Assembly (NCBI GenBank): GCA_965216465.1
Contig: CBDCFW010000006.1
Span: 256,001-320,000, forward strand
DNA: 64,000 nucleotides
From: Bacteroidia bacterium
GTDB lineage: Bacteria > Bacteroidota > Bacteroidia > NS11-12g > UBA9320
Reading direction: 5' to 3'
Part shown: positions 20,423-31,600 of the stretch, in pieces
How the letters are laid out: each line of letters begins with the position of its first letter
Numbering within the stretch: position 1 is the first letter of the stretch
Notes under the pieces: model-generated
What the model saw: the letters and a program-made list of their open reading frames with translations, nothing else
Told to the model about the DNA's origin: nothing
Databases searched by the model: none
Position numbers and translations under genes: made by a program

Positions 20423-23244
20423 AACAAAAATTACTTTTCCTCCTCCTCGGTTGCCTAGCGGCCTTACATTCTTTAGCCCAATATCCAACTAATCCAGTTC
20501 AACCCAGTACAACTCAAGACCGACTTGAGGCTGCTTCTGTTTATCAAAAGCTTGTAGATTCATCCCCTTTTCGCGGAATTGAAACCCAGAATATTGGCCC
20601 AACCATAATGAGTGGGCGTGTTGTGGATGCTGCCGTAGACCCAAATGACCCCACACATTTTTTTGTCGCGTATGCAACTGGTGGCGTCTGGGAGACTATC
20701 AATAACGGTCAAAGCTTCACCCCCATTTTCGACAATAATGGTTATACCATTCATTGTGGAGCATTAGCTGTTAATTGGGAGACTAAAACTATTTATGTCG
20801 GAACTGGCGAAGCCAATTCAAGTCGTTCATCGTATCCTGGCTTTGGAATATTTAAGGGGCATTTTGAACAAGCTTCAATTGAATGGACGAACCTCGGACT
20901 ACACGCGTCACACCATATCAGCAGAATAGTTATTCATCCTTTAGATTCAAATCTGTTGTACGTTGCCGTAATGGGTAATCTCTTCACTGAAAGCAAAGAC
21001 CGAGGGGTATATCGTTCAACCGATGGAGGGCAACATTGGGAAAAAGCACTCTTTGTAAATGAAAACACTGGTGCTGTAGACCTTGAAATCAACCCTCAGA
21101 ACCCTGACCAAATAATGGTAGCCATGTGGGAGAAAGCTCGAAGATCTTGGAATTTTTGGGAAAGTGGTGAAGGTTCAGGAGTATATGTATCATCCGACAA
21201 AGGTGAAACATGGCAGATTTCGTCAAGCCTGCCACATGGAAAGTTAATCGGTCGAATAGGTTTGAGCATTGCAGACAACGGCACTTGTTATGCTTTATTA
21301 GACAACCAAGGAAAAACGGACAAGAAGCGACAAGACAATGGCGAAATAACAAAGCATTCATTTGTGGAAATGAGCAAAGATTCATTGCAAAATCTATCAG
21401 ATTCAACACTTAATAAATTCTTACGCGACAACCGTTTTCCTAAGAAGTACACTTCCAAAGTGATTAAAAAAATGGTTAGAAAAGATGAGCTCACACCTCG
21501 AGATCTATTTGATTTTCTGACCGACTCCAATGCTGCATTGTTTGACAATCCCGTAACCGGTGCGGAGCTCTATCGCTCAATTGATTTCGGACTTACCTGG
21601 ACTAAAACTCATCAGGAAGTTTATGACAAGGTTAACTATACCTACGGTTACTATTTTGGAACGGTTCATGTTAATCCCAAAAATGATAATGAAGTATACA
21701 TCGCAGGAGTGCCACTTTTGAAATCAGTTGATGGAGGTAGTTCATTTGAATTCATAGGAAATAGTAATGTTCATTCTGATCATCATCTGATATGGACTAA
21801 TCCGAATCGGCCAGGACACATTATAAATGGGAATGATGGAGGAATTAACATTAGCTACGACGGTGGGAAAAATTGGACCAAGTGCAATTCTCCAGCTGTA
21901 GGACAATTTTACACCGTTGCGGTCGATGAAAACAAACGATACAATGTTTATGGAGGCTTGCAAGACAATGGCGTTTGGAAAGGACCAAACAGTTACACCC
22001 CATCTACGCGATGGCATGGAGAAGGGATATATCCTTACTCTAGATTGTTAGGAGGAGATGGAATGCAAATTCAAATTGATGAAGAAAACGACTACGTATT
22101 TACGGGCTATCAATTTGGCCATTACTATAGAATTCCTAAATCAGGAAAAAGGCTTTACATCCATCCAACACAAGATTTGAAAGAACCGAATTTGAGATGG
22201 AATTGGCAGACACCAATATTACTCTCTTCTCATAACCCAGAAATACTCTATATGGGTAGTAACAAGCTTCATCGAAGTATGAATAGCGGAGAAACTTTTG
22301 ATGAAATAAGCGGCGACTTAACAAACGGTCTACGTGAAGGAGACGTAAGCTATGGTACAACAACGACCATTAGCGAAAGTGTGTTTAAGTTTGGTAAGCT
22401 TTACGTCGGGACCGATGATGGCAGAGCACATTACAGTAGCGATGGTGGCAACAATTGGATAGATATAAGTAAAAAACTCCCTGACCATTTTTGGGTTAAA
22501 GAGGTTTTGGCAAGCGTTCACCTTGAAGACCAAGTTTACATTGTTTTGAATGGTCATACGTTGGACAATTTCGAATCGCATGTTTACTGCTCTAAAGACA
22601 ATGGTTTAAGTTGGGAACGAATCGGGAAGAACTTACCTAACTCGCCGGCCAATACCATAATTGAGGACCCTAATCACGACAATATTATATATCTGGGTAA
22701 CGACATGGGCCTCTTTATTTCGATTGATTATGGGCAAACTTTTGAAGTTTTAGGTAACATTCCCCCTGTAGCTGTGCACGATCTTGCAATTCAGAAAAAG
22801 CATCGCGATTTAGTTGTCGGAACTCACGGAAGAAGTATTTATAAGCTTCAGTTGGAGTCTGTTTATCAGTACATCGATTACCAAGATTCTAGCTTCGTAC
22901 TTCTCGATATTGCTCCAATAACTTTTAGAAATTTTTGGGGCACCATGCAGTATAACTGGAAGATTTCAAAACCTTCAGCAACTATCAAATATTTCTTAGA
23001 AGCAGACTCAGAGGTTGATTTAAAGGTGTTAGATGAGGAAGGAAATGTACTTCTTGAAAGAAGAATTGCAGGTAAAAAAGGTTATAATGTAGAAGAGCTC
23101 GAATTGAGTTTTAAAACAAATCCTGCTGAGCAATTCAAGTTAGGTGATGATGGTTGGTATTATCCAAATGAATCCTCTTTAAAAATTCGAATTTCGCAGG
23201 GTGAAGAAACCAGGACCAAAATCGTTGAAATTAAGAGCAAGTAA
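20419..23244 (+). CDS. VPS10/BNR-repeat glycosyl hydrolase-like protein
   Basis: NIGPTIMSGRV, multiple S.DGG..W Asp-box repeats, GGLQDNG, GTHGRS. Confidence 0.85.
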   Translation: MKQKLLFLLLGCLAALHSLAQYPTNPVQPSTTQDRLEAASVYQKLVDSSPFRGIETQNIGPTIMSGRVVDAAVDPNDPTHFFVAYATGGVWETINNGQSFTPIFDNNGYTIHCGALAVNWETKTIYVGTGEANSSRSSYPGFGIFKGHFEQASIEWTNLGLHASHHISRIVIHPLDSNLLYVAVMGNLFTESKDRGVYRSTDGGQHWEKALFVNENTGAVDLEINPQNPDQIMVAMWEKARRSWNFWESGEGSGVYVSSDKGETWQISSSLPHGKLIGRIGLSIADNGTCYALLDNQGKTDKKRQDNGEITKHSFVEMSKDSLQNLSDSTLNKFLRDNRFPKKYTSKVIKKMVRKDELTPRDLFDFLTDSNAALFDNPVTGAELYRSIDFGLTWTKTHQEVYDKVNYTYGYYFGTVHVNPKNDNEVYIAGVPLLKSVDGGSSFEFIGNSNVHSDHHLIWTNPNRPGHIINGNDGGINISYDGGKNWTKCNSPAVGQFYTVAVDENKRYNVYGGLQDNGVWKGPNSYTPSTRWHGEGIYPYSRLLGGDGMQIQIDEENDYVFTGYQFGHYYRIPKSGKRLYIHPTQDLKEPNLRWNWQTPILLSSHNPEILYMGSNKLHRSMNSGETFDEISGDLTNGLREGDVSYGTTTTISESVFKFGKLYVGTDDGRAHYSSDGGNNWIDISKKLPDHFWVKEVLASVHLEDQVYIVLNGHTLDNFESHVYCSKDNGLSWERIGKNLPNSPANTIIEDPNHDNIIYLGNDMGLFISIDYGQTFEVLGNIPPVAVHDLAIQKKHRDLVVGTHGRSIYKLQLESVYQYIDYQDSSFVLLDIAPITFRNFWGTMQYNWKISKPSATIKYFLEADSEVDLKVLDEEGNVLLERRIAGKKGYNVEELELSFKTNPAEQFKLGDDGWYYPNESSLKIRISQGEETRTKIVEIKSK

Positions 23245-23307
23245 GCAGTTGAGTTTTTGGTCAATACCGCTTTAGAATAATAGAACTTCATATATCTTTG
23301 CCCACTT

Positions 23308-23772
23308 ATGCAAATAGCTGAGGCCATATCAACATTTGAATCAACTGTTAAGAAACATTTAAACCTCTCTCCGGACCAAATCCGTTGTGAAAATGAGGGT
23401 GAGTATATTATTAAGCGAGATAATACTGAAATGTACATTGATTTATGGCAACCCCAAGAACAAAGTCAATGGCAGTATTTCGATCGCGAGAATATTGCTG
23501 GAGTATTTCAAATAGTAGCTCCAATTTGTCACTACCCACCTGATGAACATCTGCCTATATTTTTAGAAGAGCTTGCTCATTTAAACTTTCACTTATTCTT
23601 CGGAAAATTTATTGCGAATGCAGACCAACGTGTAATCAGTATTCAATACAAGAGAGTTCTTCATGGATTAAACGAAACCGAAATAATTGAACCTCTCGAA
23701 GCAGTGGGATATTATGCAGAAAACCTGAAGGAATATCTCATGGAAAAATACCACGTTAAAAAAATTCAATAA
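23308..23772 (+). CDS. YbjN-like (type III chaperone fold) protein
   Basis: FQIVAPI...FLEELAHLN...R...GL...E...VGYYAE pattern. Confidence 0.55.
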   Translation: MQIAEAISTFESTVKKHLNLSPDQIRCENEGEYIIKRDNTEMYIDLWQPQEQSQWQYFDRENIAGVFQIVAPICHYPPDEHLPIFLEELAHLNFHLFFGKFIANADQRVISIQYKRVLHGLNETEIIEPLEAVGYYAENLKEYLMEKYHVKKIQ

Positions 23773-23776
23773 CGAG

Positions 23777-23803
23777 GCAACCATTCCGCAAAACGTCTCA
23801 TCT
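23777..23803 (+). promoter_or_regulatory. Putative ECF-sigma promoter GCAACC-N16-CATCT
   Basis: AAC-containing -35 and -10 with 16-nt spacer, directly upstream of the ECF gene. Confidence 0.6.
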
Positions 23804-23821
23804 TAAAAGCGTCTCCTGGAA

Positions 23822-24364
23822 ATGAAATCAAGCGATAACAAGGATGAAATATCATTAATAGAAGCTTGCATTAAGGGAGAAACTAAAGCATTTAAAAGGC
23901 TTTACGACATACACGCCGATACGATGTATACGATTTGTTTAAGATATATGACCAACGAAGATGAAGCAAAAGATGCTTTGCAAGAAGGCTTCATTAAGGT
24001 GTATAAAAACTTAAGCAAGTTTAAATTTAAAGGAAGTTTTGAAGGTTGGTTGAAGCGAATTTTCGTCAATACGAGCATTGAACAAATTAGAAAAAGAAAA
24101 CTTCATTTAGATGTAAGCGATGTGGTATCGGACTCACGGTTAACCCAAAGTCCTCAAACTGGACAAATGGACGCTTCGAAAATGATGGAGCTTGTTCAAA
24201 AACTTCCAGCTGGGTACCGAACCGTTTTTAACATGTATGTGGTAGACGGCTTTAGTCACAAAGAAATTAGTGAAGAACTGGGAATAACAGAAAGTACATC
24301 CAAGAGTCAGTTGTTCAAAGCAAGAAAGCAAATGCAACAATGGTTAACCGGATGGTTTGAATAA
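23822..24364 (+). CDS. ECF RNA polymerase sigma factor
   Basis: DALQEGFIKVY, SFEGWLKRIFVN, LPAGYRTVFN...GFSHKEI...STSKSQL. Confidence 0.93.
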   Translation: MKSSDNKDEISLIEACIKGETKAFKRLYDIHADTMYTICLRYMTNEDEAKDALQEGFIKVYKNLSKFKFKGSFEGWLKRIFVNTSIEQIRKRKLHLDVSDVVSDSRLTQSPQTGQMDASKMMELVQKLPAGYRTVFNMYVVDGFSHKEISEELGITESTSKSQLFKARKQMQQWLTGWFE

Positions 24365-25605
24365 TGAAGAAGTTTAAAAACATAGAAGAATTTGAAGACC
24401 TGCTGAAAGATCAGCTTTCAGGGCATCAAGTTTCTGCTCCTGCAGATGCTTGGGCAGGAATTGCTTCATCTACCGGAGCCAGCACGGGTGTTGCGTCTCA
24501 GGTAATTAGCTATTTCTCTTCATTCTCGAATATTCTTAAAGTGGCCTTGTTTGCTGGAGGTATTTCAGCCGCTGGCATTGTACTTTATCTCGATAACGCA
24601 GAAACAACTTCTCCAGCTGTTGAAGATCAACCCAAGCAAGAACAAGTTGACAAGAACGACTTAGCCATTGAAGAAAATGCCGAAACGGTATTGACTGATG
24701 AGCCTACTTCAATCTCGTCATCTGATCGTATTGATGCTGAAAATTCAACTGGTAGCACTTCACCAAACTCGACTACTCCTAATACAGACTATGTTTCAAC
24801 TCCACAATCGCCTCTTAACAATGAGCAATCTGTCGTTGTTGAAGAAGGACAAATCGAAACACCTGAAGGTAGTGGCATAGTAAATCAAATTACGGTTTCT
24901 AATCCACGTCCTTGTAAAGGAGATGCTGTAAAATTTACCAGCACCTTGCGAAACTCTGGAGAATGGAGCATCGATGGTAAAATGACCAAATTGAATAGCT
25001 CTTCATTCACTCATGCATTTGATAAAGAAGGTTCATATGCAATTACATTCTCTGAAGGAACAACTGTGTTAACTTATAATCTCCTTGTAACCTCACTTGA
25101 TGCTCAAATAGTTGAAAGTAAAAAAGGAGATGATGCATACGGTTTCAGCCTGAATAACAAGGCAATTATTGCAAACTGGTATATCGATAATAAGCTGGTA
25201 TCTACCAATGCAAGATCAATAGAATTTAACCAGGCTGCTGTTGGTCGACATGACATCAAAGCAGTACCTGTAAACCATTCGTGTAATGCTGCAATCAACC
25301 ATCAACTTGAAGTAAATGCGATGGGCAGCATTCAATGGTTTGATATATTTACCCCCGATGGCGATGGTAAGAACGATGAGTATCGCATCATCATCAGCAA
25401 TTACGAAAATTTCTCAATTCAGATATTTAACAGCTCAAATGTGAAGGTTTTTGCATCGCAAGATCCAAATGTAAACTGGAACGGAAGAGAGTTTAATTCT
25501 GGCAGAGAATGTGCTGAGGGTGAGTACGTTGCAAAGGTTAGCTACCAATTAAAAGGAGAAAGCCCGCAACAGAAAAATGTAAGATTAATCCTAAGACGTG
25601 AATAG
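24364..25605 (+). CDS. Putative anti-sigma membrane protein with PKD-like and T9SS type-B C-terminal domains
   Basis: N-terminal FEDLLKDQL..HQVSAPADAWAGI, one TM helix, S/T/P-rich linker, IFTPDGDGKNDEY...WNG...GEY..LILRR; TAATG-coupled to the sigma gene. Confidence 0.7.
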   Translation: MKKFKNIEEFEDLLKDQLSGHQVSAPADAWAGIASSTGASTGVASQVISYFSSFSNILKVALFAGGISAAGIVLYLDNAETTSPAVEDQPKQEQVDKNDLAIEENAETVLTDEPTSISSSDRIDAENSTGSTSPNSTTPNTDYVSTPQSPLNNEQSVVVEEGQIETPEGSGIVNQITVSNPRPCKGDAVKFTSTLRNSGEWSIDGKMTKLNSSSFTHAFDKEGSYAITFSEGTTVLTYNLLVTSLDAQIVESKKGDDAYGFSLNNKAIIANWYIDNKLVSTNARSIEFNQAAVGRHDIKAVPVNHSCNAAINHQLEVNAMGSIQWFDIFTPDGDGKNDEYRIIISNYENFSIQIFNSSNVKVFASQDPNVNWNGREFNSGRECAEGEYVAKVSYQLKGESPQQKNVRLILRRE

Positions 25606-25676
25606 ATTTGACAAATAGGATGAAGCAGATTAAATTTACAAACTTTTTAAAATTGAGTAAACACACCAATACCGAT

Positions 25677-28600
25677 ATGAAAAAATCACTTTTTAAAGGA
25701 CTACTTATGTTTGGTTCCTTGTTGCTATTAAGTGCAATGAGTTATCAGGCATCAGCCCAGTGTTCAGCCGTTGTGGTTGACAAATCTGGGAATGAAGTAA
25801 CATCGGCTACGTTTTGTGAAAACGAGCCCATTCAGTTTCTTGCAAAATCACCAGGTTATACCACTACTATTTTGTGGGAGTATGATGTTGTAGGTGGTGG
25901 AGATCAGAACGCAACTCAAAAAGACAATCAGTATGCCTACAGCACAGCTGGAACGTATACTGCAAGATTCTCAGGTACAGGACCTGCTGGTAATTGTTCG
26001 AACGACATCGAAATAATTATCGAGCCTAGTCCTGTGATCAACTTACTTCTTACCACTCCAGATGTGCAGTGTTTTGAAGGAAATGAGTTCTGTTTTGTAG
26101 ATAGTTGTATAGCAACAACTGGAAGTACCATTGATAGTGTGATCACCATTTTTAGTGATGGTCATAAGGAAGTTACCTTCGCTGAAGGAGATAGCTTCTG
26201 CTATTCTATCATCGACCCTTCGGGGGGATTCTTCGACGCTGTTGTTCAAGCTGAAGATGCGAATGGATGTATCACAAAAGAAACGCTTAAAGATTTCTTC
26301 TATGTAAATCCTAAATTAGGTGTTCAGTTCAATAACATCAGCCCAGGACCTAACCCAGGTTGTGATTCTACTTTAGGTAGATTCTTAAACACCTCGCTGA
26401 TTCCTTTTAGCGATGTAAAACGATTTTGTTGGGTTTGGGGAGATGGTACTGAAATCTGTGGAGACCAGACAACCAATTCAGATTGGTGGATGGGTCCAGA
26501 TGGCGACGGTATAGTTGAGCACATGTATAGGCTACATGGAACGTTTGACGGTAAATTGGTGGTTGAGTCGACTTACGATTGTATCGACTCGTTTGTGTGG
26601 ACTTCTGCAGTAACTAACTTTGTTATTGACCCTGTTATCCTTTCAGATAAAGATTCTAGTTGTACTCCTGATAACCCAGTAACCTTCTGGTTAAAAGATG
26701 GGTTCCCTTCAGGTACCAGTTCTTTCTTATGGAACTTTGGAGATCCTCCAAGTGGGCCAGCTAATATTGACTTTAGAAACACTGCACCTTCACACTCTTA
26801 TGGTTCTGGACAGTGGATGATTACATTGAATATTGTTGCTGGACCTTGTGATGTGACCGTTTATGATACTATTTTCAAAATCGGTCCTGGTTCTACAATT
26901 GAGGTTATGTTTGATCGTGTACCTCAATGGGAAACCTATCAGTGTTTAATTACGGATTCTGTTCACTTCCCGAACAACTCTTCTTTCTACCATAACGACC
27001 CAACCTCGGTTGATGAAGATTCGATCGTTTATTACGGTGATTATTCATTTGGTTTATGGTTTGATGGTAGTGTAGGAAAAGATTCAATTCAGTTTAGAGA
27101 ATGGGAAGAAGATAAGCTAGGAAACCATGTTCAATCAACTGAGAACTTCGCTGCAACGGATACGTTGTACAGATTAGGGTTCAAAGTGTATCTAGATACA
27201 GGAAAAGACTCTTTAGCAGTTGTTTCTTCAAGCGGAGACACAACCTACAGTGGAAGAGTTCCTGATGATATCCATTGGGTAAACCCAAGAAGACGCTATG
27301 TATTCAATTGGCAAGTCACAGATAAATCTGGAGCTGGTGCTGGTGACCAAACTGCTATTCCTCCTGCTGTAAGCTTAAGAGGTTACGATCCACATGTTTG
27401 GAGAGTTTGGGATATGGGTGACCGTTTTGCACCTCAGTGTACTACAGACAGTAGACCTTGGGTTAACAAAAATGTTGGAATCAACTGTAATTGGAGAATT
27501 GACAGTGTTCCTGTTCACTGGTATACCCCTTGGGATGAAGTTTATAGAGAGTTTAACGACGGAAGAAACTATACACGTCCGTTCGCTCAGACAAGATTAT
27601 TTAAACGTACTTCATCTAATCCAGACACATTCTGTTACCAGGTGAATGTTTACCCTGCAAACGAAATGATTGTTGCGGAGAAACGCATATATACTATTCC
27701 TGTTGACTCAACCTACTTCGAATATATTTACGATGACAATTCAAATATTGTCGATTCGATAGTAGCAAATCCAGGCGGAAAAGAACATTCATTCTACGCT
27801 AACGATATTAAATACATAATCCGTAGACCACCTTCATGCTTCGTGGGTACAATTGTTGAACACTTCCCTGATTCTGGATGGTACCGAGCAATTAATGTAG
27901 GAAACGATACGACATACCATAACGATTACAGACTTGGTTTAAATCCAGTGCCCTTAATCGGAAATGGTACTACTCAATGGACTGTTTCATACTACGATAT
28001 GGAATTCCAATTGCCAGCCGGTGTAAGTATGGATATTATGAAATTAAATGCTCCAGGCGGTGGTGGTGCAGGTGCCGGAACTACGCGAACAGTTACGGGA
28101 CCATCTACACTTACTGTTGAAGCGGATGAGCAATTCATCCTTTATGCAGGAGATACCTTGAAAACTAACTTCACTATTGAAATTGTTGATGCCGATACAA
28201 CTTACGCTCAGCCTTCGTTCTACTATGAAACTGATGTTATCTTCGGTATTCCTACTACAGTTCAGAAGTCTGCAGTATTTGTTGACTCAGCTGCTCACCG
28301 TGAAGATTACTTCTTAGAAAATGCAAACTGTTACACGGTTACTTTATGGCACCAAGATACAGTTCACCCATTAATGTGTGAGTCTGAAGGTACCAAATCA
28401 CTAGCCCTTACTCCTCCAAGTGCAAAAGGAATGGAGTGGAGCGATGGTACTCCTTGTCCATTAGACGGTGACAACTTAGAATATTACTTAGAGTTTGACT
28501 TTGGTGATGCAAAACCAGGTTGTACTCAGTCTTGGTTTGCAGTAAACTTTGACTCTATTGCAGATCCAACAAACTTTATAGCATCTAATTCTGGTGGTAT

Positions 28601-31600
28601 CTTCCCTCCTCCTGCTCCTCCATTGATTCCAATTCACGCTATGCCATACGACATGGTAGGTAACTGGCCAAATAGAATCATTAAAGGATATACAGCAGGG
28701 GAAATTGGAAACGATCCTACGCTTAGAAACCCAGTTGGTTCATTTACTATCGGATTAATCATGGGGAATGGTGAACCTTATTCTGAAATCATATATGACA
28801 TTGACCCAGTTACTGGAGATACTGCATTAAATCCAGATGGAAGCTATGTTGCTCTTGATACAATCGATTATCCTGCTCAATGTTTAGACACATTCTGGTA
28901 CAATGACCTATTTAGAATTCTTTACTTAAATGCAGACTTTACAATCTTAAGACCTGACCATATTCCAACTGCAACCAATGACCCTCATACGATGTGTGCT
29001 GGAGATACTGCTTGGTTCAGAATCAACGACCCAATTCAAGACAGTATTTCTGTACTGAGATGGGCTTGGGGTTACCAAGGTGCAGGTAGAGGACCTAACT
29101 TGGATATCTATATCGAACGATTCCATTACTACAAGAAATATGAAGGACCATCTCCTCAACGTAATGATAAAGATGTGGTCTGGAATGGAGAAGATTGGCT
29201 GTACAACTATGTTGTTAGAGAAAGCCTAACTGACTTCTTCGGACTTGTTGAGATAGATACCATTGTAACTTCGATTATTAAAGACTGGAGAGTAGTTGTA
29301 AATACAACGACTCTAGCCGCTAAACGTGAGGTTGAAGACCGATTTGAAACTGCAGGATTGATTTACGCTGAGATTCCACCAGAAGAAAGAATCTTCTACC
29401 TAGGTACACCAGGTTGTGTGGATACCACAGGATTAAGTCAGTTCTTTACTTTCGGAATTAAGCCATACTCTTCACGTGCAGAGGCACCAACGGTATACAT
29501 GAATGGTGACAGAAGATACAGAACAGATACTACTGTATTCCCAGCTCAAGAAATTGAAGTAGCACATATCCTTCACTTTAGAGATTCTTCTATCCAAGGT
29601 TTTGATACCGTGATGTTAGATACGAACTTCGATGGAACACTAGATGAAATCGCAGGTGTTTGGACTAAAGCTTACAAATACCCTGAGCTTTATGCTCCAG
29701 ATCCATGCTTCCCTAACGTGAAAGATACCATTTGGAGAAACTCAAACGGACCTATGGTTCCAACACTTTACTTGAACAACACTGTTGGTTGTGAGAAGAG
29801 AGGTGCAGGACTACTTAACGTAGGTTTCTTGAATGACTTCTGGGTTGATAACGAGAACATCTGTAAAGGATTGACTATACGATTGTCGGATTCAATACGT
29901 TACTGGCAATATGGAGAAATGGATCCTCCAACCTATCCAATCTGGCAAGTGGACTACTGGCATGATCCAGTAAGGTACTTGGCTAACAAAGAAATCTTTG
30001 AAGCTGACTGGGATTCTACCGATGGTGTTTGGGATGGTGAACGATCATTAACTCTTAACCACTTCTACCCTGAATCTGGCGAATACACAATTACTGTTGT
30101 GCCTACAGATAGTATGGGTTGTACGGATACTGTTTACTTAAAAGTTAACATTACTGATGTAATTCCTAACTTTACTTTAAGTAGTGGATTCTTGAACTGT
30201 GTAACTTTCGTTGACTTCCTTGATTCAACTATGCTCGATGATCCTTGTCACGATAGAGGTTGCGGTAACGATAACGACTCTTGTGACCAAATTGTCGCTT
30301 GGGAATGGGATTTCGGTGACGGAACTAGAAAGTCATTACTCCAAAACCCATCACATAACTATACACAAGGTGGTTGGTTTGATGTTAGACTTACCGTTTG
30401 GACTCAATTGGGTTGTGTTGATTCAATCACAAAACGAATCTTCATCCCTGGTCCTCAACCAGAATTTGAATTCGACCACGATATATGGAATCTCCAAGAT
30501 TCTGCAGTAATCTGTGTTGGTGATTCAATTTTACTCATTAATAGAAGTGGTGGTGAGAAAATTGCTCCTACTTACCAAATGATATGGGGTGATGGAAACA
30601 TTACCAGTTTCAGTACGGATACTTCGCACTTCGGACATATTTATGATTCTGTTGGAACATTTGAATTGTACTTGATTCAGTTCGACGAAATTCCAGGAAC
30701 CAATGAAAGATGTAGCAGAATATTCCCTGATACAAACCCAGACCTTGTAAATCAACGCAAGATTAAGGTTGTGGTTCTACCACGGGCCCCAGCAGACATG
30801 ACTATCTCAGATACCGTTGTTTGTCCAAACGAGCTTGTAACGTTCACCGCTAATGTTGATACTTTATATACTCGATACATTTGGGATTTCGGAGATCAAG
30901 ATACGATTACTAAGTTCAAACCAGACAGCGTTGTAACGCATGCATATGCTACAAGTGGAAGATACCAAGTGAAGCTAATCCCTGATTACACTCCACCTGA
31001 ATTTATTCCTACTTGTCCTGACACTGCTTACGGGTTCGTAAATGTTGTTGATGTAACGGCTGCGTTTGACATCGATTCTTCTAAACGACCAGAGTTCTGC
31101 TTCATCAATACCTCTGAAGGTGGTACTACCTTCGACTGGACGTTCGATGATGAGCCAGGATTTGAAGACGAGCAATTAGGTTTAGCTTTTGAAGACAGAC
31201 CATGTCATAACTACAGCAACAGAAAAGGTACTTACGAAGTATGTTTAATCGCTACAAGTGCAGAAGGATGTAAAGACACATTCTGTGACCTAGTAACTAA
31301 CTCATACATTAAAGTAATTATACCTTACAACGTGTTCACTCCAAATACTGCAGGTAAAGACGATAAAGCAGATAACCTGAATGCAGAGTTTATTGTTGAA
31401 GGAGAAGGATTCGAAGAATACAACATCAAGATCTTTAACAGATGGGGTGAGCGTGTATTCGAGTCTAACGACGTGAACATCTCATGGAATGGTAAAGTAA
31501 ATAACGATGGGGCTGAATGTCCTGGAGGAACTTACTTCTACATAATCAACTACAAATTCTTATTCGAAGAGGTTAATCAAGGCCTTGGACCAATAGAAGG